DNA from: a virus
Virus record (IMG/VR): IMGVR_UViG_3300031578_000001
Direction: 5' to 3' (one strand)
Length of the DNA stretch: 64,000 nt
Position numbers and translations under genes: made by a program. Under the pieces are notes generated by a model. The model ran no database searches, was not told the DNA's origin, and worked only from the letters and a program-made list of their open reading frames with translations. Positions within the stretch are counted from its first letter, which is position 1. Each line of letters begins with the position of its first letter. Shown in pieces: positions 9,895 through 18,548 of this stretch.

Positions 9895-10966
9895 GGTTCT
9901 CCTTCCTCTCGAACAAATGGTCCAGGTTGTCTACCTCGGGAATCTCCTGCTCGGGGAGTTCGTTGTCCGTGTCCTTGAGCTGATCGAAGGTCGCTCGGGC
10001 CTCGTCGTACCCGGTGATCCGGATGACCCGGTCGATGTGTTTCCGGATCATGTAGACCGAGAGCTTCCCGTTCCACGAGATGGCCTCCTCGGCGTCTTGA
10101 TTCCATCGCTGGGCCACGATGAGGAGGATCTTCGCGAAGGCTGTCTTGGAGACTCCTCTGGACTCGGCCGCGGCAAGAGTATCGTTCATGGCCTTGGCGT
10201 AGCGAGGCGGAACGGAGGTCGGGGAGTTGAGGAACTCGACGTCGTCGCCGGATTTGATGTCGAATTGGCCACAGAGAAGGTGTAGGTAGTAGAAGAAGGC
10301 TTTACCTCCCCATTTTTCGGCGTTACGGGCGCTGATCCCGTGTGACGTTCGTTGCCGTTTCAGGGCCTGTTTCTCGATAGCTTTCTCGGATCGTTTCCCG
10401 GCGTCCTCAGCACACTGTTCCAAGGTCTTCCGTGGGCCTTTTCTCACGGCCTCTCCCTTCGTCTGACTCGCCGGAGTTTGCTCCGGCGATATGGATGTTT
10501 CTTGGATCTGTTTCATTGGATCTGTTTCTGTTAGCCAAAAAAGCTCACCCCCCACGCCAATTTGGCTCACCCCCCACGCCAAATTTGCGCACCCCCCGAA
10601 GCCAGGGGAGATTCGACTCGGGTCAAGGGGGAGCACATTTACGGCGCTGAGACGAACCGGAATGGTCTTGGGAAGGCCATTATCGTCGACCCATCGGCGA
10701 ACCAGGCCGTTATCCACGAGTTCCTTGATGTATCTCGATACGGACCGTCGACATATACCAAGTTCGTTCGCTATGGAGACGTTGGTGTACCAGATGGGTC
10801 TGGTCTTGTTGGGCCATCCTGAGGCGAAGATGATGAAGGCGTACAGCAGGCGTGCGCCTGGGGTTAGGGCCTTAGCCGTTATGATATCTATTGGAAAACG
10901 ACTGAACCTTATCTCGGGCGAGTCCGGCAAACAAGCGGACTCGCGCCGTTTTGCGAGCTCCATCAT
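9887..10966 (-). CDS. Phage replication initiator (N-terminal winged HTH)
   Basis: LTPGARLLYA....YTNVSIANELGICRRSVSRYIKELVDNGLV is an HTH_36-like pattern; the gene contains internal direct repeats. Confidence 0.7.
   Translation of the reverse strand: MMELAKRRESACLPDSPEIRFSRFPIDIITAKALTPGARLLYAFIIFASGWPNKTRPIWYTNVSIANELGICRRSVSRYIKELVDNGLVRRWVDDNGLPKTIPVRLSAVNVLPLDPSRISPGFGGCANLAWGVSQIGVGGELFWLTETDPMKQIQETSISPEQTPASQTKGEAVRKGPRKTLEQCAEDAGKRSEKAIEKQALKRQRTSHGISARNAEKWGGKAFFYYLHLLCGQFDIKSGDDVEFLNSPTSVPPRYAKAMNDTLAAAESRGVSKTAFAKILLIVAQRWNQDAEEAISWNGKLSVYMIRKHIDRVIRITGYDEARATFDQLKDTDNELPEQEIPEVDNLDHLFERKENHE
10502..10603. repeat. Iteron-like direct repeats inside the initiator gene (candidate origin)
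   Basis: gctcaccccccacgccaa(a)tttg x2 (10543, 10565) plus a partial third copy (10588); ttggatctgtttc x2 (10502, 10517). Confidence 0.6.
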
Positions 10967-11051
10967 TCCTCCTGTTATTCCGGCAGTTCTTTGCGGCGTT
11001 GCACCGCAGAGGCAAGTGAAATTGTATCGCTGGATGGGAACTCGTCAAGGC

Positions 11052-11711
11052 TTATTTGAAGAAGATCTCTACGTCCTCGTTGAAGATGGTGAGATGGTTG
11101 CTCGCGGTGGACACCGACACCGTGCTTCCTTTGATGATAAGAAGGTTCTGGGCAATGACGTCGGATAGCACGCTGGCGCATCTGGAAGTGCGCGATGGCT
11201 TCGATGCCGTGGAGATCTCGATCTTGATTTCTTTCTTGACGAGGCTGATCTTGAAGATGGTGTACTTCATCGATCCGGATCTGTTCTTGATCGTTCTCGG
11301 GATCAGATCCATGATGCAACTTTGCATTATCGTCGTCGACATGGTCTGGTTGTGGATCGTGGACCGCTTCTTGTATGGATCGAGGGTCCTCGATCCGGTC
11401 TTCTCGGTACGTTTCCCGGGATTGAAGAAGTCCTTGTGCCACCTACGTACCGCATGCTCGTCCTCCGTGACGAAGCAATCGGGGACGACCGATGGGTAGA
11501 TCTTGTTCTTGAAGAGGCTGCGCATGGCCTGACTCATCTCCCGTGTGCTCGAGTATGACGTCTTGGATCTCTCGGGCATGAACCTGAACATCAGGATGCG
11601 GAGATACTTTTCAACTTCGATGGAGAAGTTGTTCGGAAGCACGCAGCCGGCCTCTTTGAGAGTTTTCTTCAGCAGGGGCACGTCGACCGCTTCGATGAGA
11701 TCCTTCGCCAT
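11052..11711 (-). CDS. Hypothetical protein
   Basis: 219-aa ORF with RBS, tiles the operon. Confidence 0.7.
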   Translation of the reverse strand: MAKDLIEAVDVPLLKKTLKEAGCVLPNNFSIEVEKYLRILMFRFMPERSKTSYSSTREMSQAMRSLFKNKIYPSVVPDCFVTEDEHAVRRWHKDFFNPGKRTEKTGSRTLDPYKKRSTIHNQTMSTTIMQSCIMDLIPRTIKNRSGSMKYTIFKISLVKKEIKIEISTASKPSRTSRCASVLSDVIAQNLLIIKGSTVSVSTASNHLTIFNEDVEIFFK

Positions 11712-11712
11712 C

Positions 11713-12894
11713 TCACACTCCTTTCAGGATCTGGGTTTCAACGTCGGCCCCCTCGCCGGTCTCCGCATTCAGTAGTCCGACGCCGGCGACCTCGAATCCG
11801 GCTTCCTTTGCCCGTTCTTCGACTGCCTTCGCGGCGGCTACGATGTCCGACTCTTTGGCACTTCCACTTATGGTGATCAGGGCTGCTGTTTCGTAGGTGT
11901 GGTCTTCCTCGGGTCGGCGGCAATGGTCGCAGGGCACCGTGCAGTCGATCGTTCCGTGGTCGGTGAAGTGTTGCGTGCCGATTGTGAACGGGTGGGGTTT
12001 GATTCTGCTTCCCGGAAGTCCATCATCAGGTCCGGTGTAGTGTCTCATGAGGCGTTGGATCTTCAGGTTCTCAGGCATGGCGACTTCGTGTTTCAGGACG
12101 ATCTCGAGGTCGTCTTCCTTCAGGTCGGGGAAGAAGGGCTTCATCCCGGCCGTTTTGCGCTTCTTGTCGAAGAGGTATCTGGCCAGTGGGTCGTTGGTGA
12201 AGATGTCCTTGCTGCACTTCTCCCTGCCCAGTGAGCAGGCCCACTCGAACGCCTTCTTGTCGTTGATGATGTGCGTGGCTCTCCGATACCGGCAGATCCA
12301 TTTCGGACCGCCTCCTTTGTAGAGGTGCGAGATGAGCACGCCGGCGATCTCGGCACGCCCGATGATCTTCACCTGGAGGCACGACTCCACGGCGTGGAGC
12401 AGCTGTTCCGGATCCATGTTAGGATCCATGACGGTGGGATTGTCGTAGTAGCCCATCCACCATGAGTGGAAGGGCTCTGTTCCCCTGTACTCATCGAACC
12501 CATCAACCGGCGTGTTGCTTTCGATGGGGACAGCGTCACCCCAGCACCCACCGACGTCGAATACGATCCCGTGCTCGTTGGCGTACTCACGCATCCTTTG
12601 GAGCGCCCATTTTCCGATCTCGTCGTCTGCGTCGTCGCCTCCCCTCGGATCCCCGTCTTTCAGGCCGAGGGATCTCTCGAACGTGCTGAGGCAGTTCCCG
12701 AAGGAGCCTGGTGAATTGAGCGAGAAGTAGTCGGCGAGGATCTGCATCTCTCCGGTGATCTTGCAACTGTCACACGTTTCCAGAGTGTGCCTACCGTTCA
12801 CCCATTTCATCTTGAGCCGCTTGTCCGGTGGTGTCTCGTGCATCCAGATCAGCGTGCTCGCGTTCAGGTGGTACTTCCTCAGGGGTACTCCCAT
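11713..12894 (-). CDS. Hypothetical protein (several Cys pairs)
   Basis: 393-aa ORF with RBS. Confidence 0.7.
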   Translation of the reverse strand: MGVPLRKYHLNASTLIWMHETPPDKRLKMKWVNGRHTLETCDSCKITGEMQILADYFSLNSPGSFGNCLSTFERSLGLKDGDPRGGDDADDEIGKWALQRMREYANEHGIVFDVGGCWGDAVPIESNTPVDGFDEYRGTEPFHSWWMGYYDNPTVMDPNMDPEQLLHAVESCLQVKIIGRAEIAGVLISHLYKGGGPKWICRYRRATHIINDKKAFEWACSLGREKCSKDIFTNDPLARYLFDKKRKTAGMKPFFPDLKEDDLEIVLKHEVAMPENLKIQRLMRHYTGPDDGLPGSRIKPHPFTIGTQHFTDHGTIDCTVPCDHCRRPEEDHTYETAALITISGSAKESDIVAAAKAVEERAKEAGFEVAGVGLLNAETGEGADVETQILKGV

Positions 12895-13204
12895 CGATCT
12901 GCTCCTTCACTCCATCGACCAGTTTGAATCCGGCGATTTTCTCGCACTCCTTCAACCACTCATCGCACTCGAAGAACTCGACGTCGACGTCCATGTTCGC
13001 CAGGTGGCAGAGTTGGATGAGGATGAGGCAGACCGGTGCAGACGTGTTCTGCTTGTCAGTGCCCGGTCCGAAGGCCCTGTAGGCCTCGGTGAGAGCCTTG
13101 GATACGGCGAGCCCGTTACAGGCCCCATGAAAAATATAGAGGGCATCGGATGCGGCCTTGCGTTGCACGGCCGAGGATCCAGACGATATCAATTCCGTGG
13201 ACAT
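12791..13204 (-). CDS. Hypothetical protein
   Basis: RBS ggaggaatc upstream of ATG; overlaps the next gene by about 100 bp. Confidence 0.55.
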   Translation of the reverse strand: MSTELISSGSSAVQRKAASDALYIFHGACNGLAVSKALTEAYRAFGPGTDKQNTSAPVCLILIQLCHLANMDVDVEFFECDEWLKECEKIAGFKLVDGVKEQIDGSTPEEVPPEREHADLDARDTTGQAAQDEMGER

Positions 13205-13213
13205 GATTCCTCC

Positions 13214-13432
13214 TTAAGTCTGTCCCGACTGTGTCTCCAGTAAGACGCGGAGGGAGAAGAGGATCATCTTTTGGTTGAGCAGGATGCTGATCTGCCCCAA
13301 GAGGATCTCTGCTGTAACGATGCTGGTGGAAGCGGATCCGAACGTGACCATCGCGGCGGTCTCTTTGATCTGGGCGATCCTCTCGTCGATCAGGGGGATG
13401 GCGCTTTTGAGTGTATCTAACGCCTCAGACAT
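13214..13432 (-). CDS. Hypothetical protein
   Basis: 72-aa ORF with RBS. Confidence 0.6.
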   Translation of the reverse strand: MSEALDTLKSAIPLIDERIAQIKETAAMVTFGSASTSIVTAEILLGQISILLNQKMILFSLRVLLETQSGQT

Positions 13433-13463
13433 CAGAAAATCTCCTACTTAGATGCAGAGATTC

Positions 13464-13622
13464 CTAAGAGGAAGCGGGACCGTTTCCTTCGGGGTCGCAC
13501 GAGACTTCGATTTTGTACCCATTGTCCAACTTGAACCACGGGAATCCGTCCGTGCCTACGCCAGTCTCGACGATCGTTCGGCCTTTCAAAGATTCCATGT
13601 ATTTCTTCATGTTGTCGTTCAT
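13464..13622 (-). CDS. Small phage protein MNDNMKKY...SCDPEGNGPASS, possibly frameshifted at its 3' end
   Basis: Manual translation; 52 aa; RBS gaggaag. Confidence 0.55.
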   Translation of the reverse strand: MNDNMKKYMESLKGRTIVETGVGTDGFPWFKLDNGYKIEVSCDPEGNGPASS

Positions 13623-13696
13623 CGTCTTCCTCGCACCAAACGGTTAGGTACAACGAGAGGGCGGAGCGCCCGATTGGACGCCCCGCCCATGATTAC

Positions 13697-13951
13697 TTAT
13701 CCCCTCGACTTGGAACTCGTCTTGAAGTAGATGTGATCACCGTCCTCGAGGACAGTGCTCTCGTCCATGATCTCGCCGTTGACCAGGGCGGCCATGTCGT
13801 TGGTGATATTCATCTCATCGGAAAACCGGAATCGGATCTGCTTGACGGTGACGATCTCTCCCTCATTGAGGGTGAGTTCGATCGGTTCCATGTCTTCCCC
13901 GAGATCGCTGTTGGGTTCCCGTTCGATCGTGATGACTCTTGTGAGATCCAC
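13697..13951 (-). CDS. Ubiquitin-like (beta-grasp) protein ending in Gly
   Basis: 84 aa; ALVNG......LEDGDHIYF..SKSRG-COOH; GTG start with RBS gggaggag. Confidence 0.75.
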   Translation of the reverse strand: MDLTRVITIEREPNSDLGEDMEPIELTLNEGEIVTVKQIRFRFSDEMNITNDMAALVNGEIMDESTVLEDGDHIYFKTSSKSRG

Positions 13952-14657
13952 GGCTCCTCCCTTTCGTAACGAGGGACTTCTGAAGAAGGGGAATCATCTT
14001 CCCCGTTCTTGTGTCCACACGGATTTCGTTGATCGATGGCTTGGCCTTCGATAGCACATGATGAACGAGGATTTCCATGGCTACCGCCGTTGCCTTGTTG
14101 GCCAGAGCCGTCTGAGGCCCCGACTCGAGGCATCCTCCCTCGCCCGGAAGCGGATCCTTATCCGCGAGGATTTCCGGTGCGATGTGGGAGACTTTCGGAA
14201 GTATGTTGCGTCCGCTTTTACGGACGTATGCTTGCGCCTGGCCGCCGTGATTGTCGTTCCCTCCGACGACATAGATGGCGTTCTTTTTACGGGCTACCTC
14301 GGTCTCGAGGAATACCCTTACACCGTCTCTGTCGACACATCCGAGGAACAGATAGCATCTATCGATCCAGAGCGACCTATGCTTCTCCAGGGTTTCGTGG
14401 TTGAGGTACTCAGGCACGGCATGGATCATGACGTGGCCATCCAGGTCGAACCGTTCCTTGGCCATCGTTGCGATCATGATGGCCTTGTTCTTTCCGATAG
14501 CCGACGGGAAGAACTGCCTGGTCAGATTATTCAGTTCGACCGAATCTCCATCGATGACGTAAAGAGACGACTTCTTCTCAAGGGAGAGTAGATACCTGAT
14601 GATGTCTTCCCACAGATGGTAGGTGATTCCACCTGCTCCAAGGATCGCTACTTTCAT
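13863..14657 (-). CDS. ThiF/E1-like Ubl-activating enzyme
   Basis: MKVAILGAGG, IDGDSVELNNLTRQ, GKNKA, GCVD, GGN, GCLESGPQ..ANKA. Start at 14657 overlaps the JAB stop. Confidence 0.9.
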   Translation of the reverse strand: MKVAILGAGGITYHLWEDIIRYLLSLEKKSSLYVIDGDSVELNNLTRQFFPSAIGKNKAIMIATMAKERFDLDGHVMIHAVPEYLNHETLEKHRSLWIDRCYLFLGCVDRDGVRVFLETEVARKKNAIYVVGGNDNHGGQAQAYVRKSGRNILPKVSHIAPEILADKDPLPGEGGCLESGPQTALANKATAVAMEILVHHVLSKAKPSINEIRVDTRTGKMIPLLQKSLVTKGRSRGSHKSHHDRTGTQQRSRGRHGTDRTHPQ

Positions 14658-15802
14658 TGTCTCTCCTTCGAGTCGAAGTCCGGATCCGCATCCATGTCGT
14701 CGATCATGAAGTCGATCTGCTCGCTGATGGCTATATCCAGTTCCTCGAGATGTTCCATGGGAGCGATCGTTGAGAGGATCTCCACGAACCTGTCGTAGCA
14801 ACCGTGTTCCACGAAATACGTGGCGAAGACGCGCAGGACATCGTCGTGTGTCCCGTCTGCTGGTGGCCTGATCCCGGTCTGGGTGAACGTGAATATCCTC
14901 TCGTGGGGCTTCTCGGTTTTGGGGAGGTCAGCCGACATCTTTTTGACCGAATGCACCTTGAACTTGTCCGTGGCCAGTTCCGTCGCCTCTTCTTCGGTCT
15001 CGGTCCAGTAGACGACGTTGCCGGTGCGCTTGCTCAGGAGGAGGAATCCCGTCTTTTTACTCCTGACTTCTTCCAGCGGAAGGATCCTCTCCATGAACCA
15101 TCGGTACTCTTCGTCAGTGACGCGGTGGCTCGTGACCGATTCCGTAATCTTATTGATGCGGATGTCATGGCGTTCGCCCGCACCGGTGATGGATCCTACG
15201 ATGGACGGGGTATCATGATTCAGGTTTCCGATGACGATATAGATTCCCTCGCTCTCCATCTCGTTTTCGTCGTCGGTTCTCGAGAATCCGGCTCCGAACG
15301 CGCCATGGGAATGGATGGTTCCCGAGTGTCTGCCCTCGTAGCAGTATTCCAGATAGGCCGATCCGATGATCCCGAACTTAGCCCGATCGAGGACGTAGGA
15401 CTGGTGCTCCATATCCCACTTGAGAATGACGATCATCTCGGACTTATAGTCCTCGTAGGCTCTTCTGAAGATCCCCACGACTCTCGCAATGATGCTCATC
15501 GGGATGGGATGGATATGCTTGATGAAGAATCCAGGGTGGATCTTCCTCAGGGACGGGGCGACGTTCACGGGTCTGACTACGTGGAACTCGGCGGCTCTGT
15601 CCGGTCCTCCCACGTGCATGACCTTATAGATGCCGTCGTTTCCCGCCACGTAGGCGAAGTGTTTCTTGGACTGCTCAATGGCGTCCTGCACCGTTGTGTA
15701 TGGACGCTCGTAGAGGTCGTCCAAAGATACTTGTCTGGGCGTTCTCGAAGACGAATCCGATTTCGGTATTGTCCTTTGCTGCTGCTGCATTCGAGACTCC
15801 AA
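14654..15802 (-). CDS. JAB/MPN metallopeptidase (PRTRC protein A-like, deubiquitinase family)
   Basis: YVAGNDG, SEMIV, GTIHSHG...FSRTDDENE, GIYIVIG. Confidence 0.85.
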   Translation of the reverse strand: MESRMQQQQRTIPKSDSSSRTPRQVSLDDLYERPYTTVQDAIEQSKKHFAYVAGNDGIYKVMHVGGPDRAAEFHVVRPVNVAPSLRKIHPGFFIKHIHPIPMSIIARVVGIFRRAYEDYKSEMIVILKWDMEHQSYVLDRAKFGIIGSAYLEYCYEGRHSGTIHSHGAFGAGFSRTDDENEMESEGIYIVIGNLNHDTPSIVGSITGAGERHDIRINKITESVTSHRVTDEEYRWFMERILPLEEVRSKKTGFLLLSKRTGNVVYWTETEEEATELATDKFKVHSVKKMSADLPKTEKPHERIFTFTQTGIRPPADGTHDDVLRVFATYFVEHGCYDRFVEILSTIAPMEHLEELDIAISEQIDFMIDDMDADPDFDSKERQ

Positions 15803-15998
15803 TCATTTCCTTGATGATCTCTATAGCCCCGACCTCCTCGAGACGTTTGATGAACCTGTCGCGGGCTACGGGATAATGTTTGCCGGTATCGGTCTTCTTC
15901 ACGGCATCAAGTAGAGACTCGATCCTGTTTCTCGGTTCGGTCCAGATGGTCGCATTTTTGAGTCTCATAATGCAATTCTCGAATTCGATATAGTTCAT
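15675..15998 (-). CDS. Hypothetical protein within the Ubl cassette
   Basis: ATG overlaps the E2 stop; 3' end overlaps the JAB 5' end. Confidence 0.5.
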   Translation of the reverse strand: MNYIEFENCIMRLKNATIWTEPRNRIESLLDAVKKTDTGKHYPVARDRFIKRLEEVGAIEIIKEMIGVSNAAAAKDNTEIGFVFENAQTSIFGRPLRASIHNGAGRH

Positions 15999-16681
15999 TT
16001 AGCCCTCTCCACCAGTTTCCCGAATGTCTCGGTCTGGACCCACGTGAGACTCGTGATATCACTCCACTCCTTGCCAGCGTCCTTGGTCCATTTCGCCCAG
16101 CACTCGAAAGTGTCAACGGGTTTTTCGATCGGACCCTTTCCTTCCACCATTTCTGCTGGAAGATTGTCGATACCGCCTTTTAGATGATCGCTGTGGGCGG
16201 ACTTGTTGACCCAGGTAACGATCTTCGAGACGATCTCTGAGATCGGACCGGACCTTCCAACCTCGCTTACGAATCCGGTGCCCATGCACATTTCTCCGTC
16301 GAGACTGATATTCGGAAGTGGGACAATATATAGCGGGTCGTAGAAGTTGTGGATCTGGTTCATTGCGAACCGGAGATAGTAATTCACGATGAGATCGCCG
16401 GTGAACACAAAGGCGAAGACACGCCACGGAATCGCGATGGTATAGAACTTTCTCCCGTATTTGAGGACCTGCTTCTCGGGAGGTCGTTGGACGAAGTAGA
16501 GAGTTTTGTTCGTATTCTTCTTGAAGACGATAGTTCCGTACGGCAGGATCGGGGTCTCTATGTTCTTGATCTGGAGCGCCTTTATGGCGTCTTCGATGGA
16601 CACCGTCTTTCCGCGGGTAATGGTGAGCTGTCTCACGGTGTCATCCGGGCAGAAGAGAACGTAGCTGCCTTCATCGAGCAT
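15995..16681 (-). CDS. Prokaryotic E2 family D-like protein (PRTRC protein B-like)
   Basis: ILPYG, AIPWRVF, PLYIVPLPNISLDGEMCMG carrying the conserved Cys. Confidence 0.8.
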   Translation of the reverse strand: MLDEGSYVLFCPDDTVRQLTITRGKTVSIEDAIKALQIKNIETPILPYGTIVFKKNTNKTLYFVQRPPEKQVLKYGRKFYTIAIPWRVFAFVFTGDLIVNYYLRFAMNQIHNFYDPLYIVPLPNISLDGEMCMGTGFVSEVGRSGPISEIVSKIVTWVNKSAHSDHLKGGIDNLPAEMVEGKGPIEKPVDTFECWAKWTKDAGKEWSDITSLTWVQTETFGKLVERAK

Positions 16682-17685
16682 GTAAGATTCTCCAACTCAT
16701 CAAACTTTGCCTTCAGAGCCGCCCCCTTGTTCTGGTCGAGACTGGTGATGAACGCGATCCTGCCTTTCCACTGATCCATCGGGACCGGGATGATGGCCTT
16801 CTTTCTTTTCGCTTTATTGAGGATTTTTCTCGCCTCCTGATTCAAACCGAGAAGTGTGACCAGGCCGTCCTTCTTTTCGATTCCCTGGGCCTGCCTGATC
16901 TGTTTTCTGAACTCGTTGTCGAGATAAAAACCTGCGGGTACTATGGCCGCCCGCAGGTCCGTGATCGCGTTGTGGAGGTCTGCTCTCATTGATCTCCAGT
17001 ACGATCTTTTAGGTCCGATCTTGTCGTTGATCTGCACCCCGCAGACGATGAGCCGGGCCGGCTTATGGTGAAATCTCGTTTTGTTTTCGTTGATCTCGAA
17101 TCCTTCGGACTCGAGGATGTAGCGCACCTGGTAGAGGAGTTTCCAGACTTCTCTGGAATCGCACCCGAAGGTGAGGTTGTCGCAGTACGCGCTGAACACG
17201 ACAGGGCAATGATGTTCTCTGTTCCAACGGATGATGAGTCCACGGATAAGGGAGACGATTCGTTTCATGGCGACCGACGACAGGAATGGACTTGTCGGCG
17301 CCCCTTGCGGGAGAGCCTTTTTCCCGTCGATCATGTCGAAGCAGGTGTCCTTGATCTCGTCGATGAGCCACTTCGGAGCCCTCTCGTAGGAGAGAGACTC
17401 CTCCACGTGGTGTTCCAAGACCGAATGGAAGAAATCGCTGATATCGATTTTCAGAATGCAGTCCGGTGAACGTAACGTCCCATCGGCTTGCTTGAGCAGG
17501 AGGGCCTTGGCGTTGGTCCTTACGGACCGGCCCCGCATGTAGGCGTGGATGTGGTATCCCGGGTGGATCTTTAGGCGTTTGAGCCATCCCAGGATTTCGA
17601 GCTGTTTCTTCTTCAGCTTCGCATCCGGAATCCTGATCTCCCGGAATCCCCCACCTCGTTTCTGAATCTTGACGATCTGGTACAT
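16633..17685 (-). CDS. Retron-like reverse transcriptase with non-canonical YCDN motif
   Basis: KRGGGFREIRIP, GRSVRTNA, KIDISDFFHSV, LPQGAPTSPFLS, FSAYCDNLTF, INENKT, VCGVQIN (VTG-like). Confidence 0.9.
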   Translation of the reverse strand: MYQIVKIQKRGGGFREIRIPDAKLKKKQLEILGWLKRLKIHPGYHIHAYMRGRSVRTNAKALLLKQADGTLRSPDCILKIDISDFFHSVLEHHVEESLSYERAPKWLIDEIKDTCFDMIDGKKALPQGAPTSPFLSSVAMKRIVSLIRGLIIRWNREHHCPVVFSAYCDNLTFGCDSREVWKLLYQVRYILESEGFEINENKTRFHHKPARLIVCGVQINDKIGPKRSYWRSMRADLHNAITDLRAAIVPAGFYLDNEFRKQIRQAQGIEKKDGLVTLLGLNQEARKILNKAKRKKAIIPVPMDQWKGRIAFITSLDQNKGAALKAKFDELENLTCSMKAATFSSARMTP

Positions 17686-17916
17686 GTCTCCCCCTTAGAG
17701 CGCAGCGATGAGCGCACGCAGGACCGTGAGAATCACGCCAGCCTCCTTTCTGAGAAACGTACGAAAACCCATAGGGCTGGAGAGGGAGCCAGCACGTGGC
17801 CGGCTCCCTCTCCAATGTGTGGAGGAGTAGTTTTATTAGACTCTCTCGGGTAAAAGGCCAGAGAGAGTAGGGGCGGAGCCCATTGCTGGACCCCGCCCCA
17901 TGGTGATCGCGGAGGA
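17686..17916 (-). ncRNA. Candidate structured leader (msr/msd-like) upstream of the RT
   Basis: Three stem-loops: 17870-17899 (13 bp, GCAA loop on minus strand), 17840-17868, and 17778-17814 (13 perfect bp). Confidence 0.4.
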
Positions 17917-18456
17917 CTATGCCTCCTCTTCCTCGTCGTCGTCTTCCTCTTCCTCGTCGGTCGGATCGGCGGGCTTTTCCTCGCCTTTCTCGTCCTTCTC
18001 CTCGTCCCGCTTCTCGAATTCCTTCTCGAGTTTCTCGAATCTGCGGCGGATCTTCTTCGCCTGTTTGTCCGAGACCTCGTGGTCGAGGTGGTCCTCGATG
18101 TAGTCGATGACCTCTTCCGGGTTGGCGGGGATGGCTGCGGGCAGGTCCTTCGGATCGAGATCTTTCGGGATCTTGACGAAGGGGGCCGCCGTCAGCACGG
18201 CCGCTAAGCCGGCTCCTCGGAGCTGGTGGTTCTTGAAGTTCGCGCCGTCCTCGTTCTCGAATTCCTGAACGCGGGAAACCGCGTCTTCGGATGCCTCGAA
18301 GGGGGCGTCGGAGTCGGCCATGGCGGATCTGATGGCCAAGCCAAGGGCCAGGCCGGTTGCTCCACCGATTCCGATCGTGAGACCGACCGCGACAGGACTC
18401 ATCTCCTCGCGGTCTTCTTCGGTACGACTGTTCCTGTAGGAAATCACTCTCGCCAT
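17917..18456 (-). CDS. Hypothetical protein with hydrophobic segments and an acidic tail
   Basis: 179 aa; GLTIGIGGATGLALGLAI; poly-E/D C-terminus. Confidence 0.7.
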   Translation of the reverse strand: MARVISYRNSRTEEDREEMSPVAVGLTIGIGGATGLALGLAIRSAMADSDAPFEASEDAVSRVQEFENEDGANFKNHQLRGAGLAAVLTAAPFVKIPKDLDPKDLPAAIPANPEEVIDYIEDHLDHEVSDKQAKKIRRRFEKLEKEFEKRDEEKDEKGEEKPADPTDEEEEDDDEEEEA

Positions 18457-18536
18457 CTTACTACTCCTCCAAAGATGGCCTCGTATCGGACCGTAAAGTT
18501 CTCATGGATCTCCATGAGTACGGTCCGCTTCATTCT

Positions 18537-18548
18537 TCTTATGACACA
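18537..18548 (-). promoter_or_regulatory. Recurrent TGTGTCATAAGA motif (candidate phage promoter, extended -10-like)
   Basis: Near-identical copies at 18537, 31641, 48517, 50181, 51982 and 60822, each upstream of a minus-strand gene or block. Confidence 0.55.

Noticed and set aside
16633-17685. Diversity-generating retroelement or group II intron
   Set aside because: The RT has retron-like motifs and lacks a maturase/X domain. I saw no avd-like gene, no TR/VR near-duplicate pair and no intron domain V.
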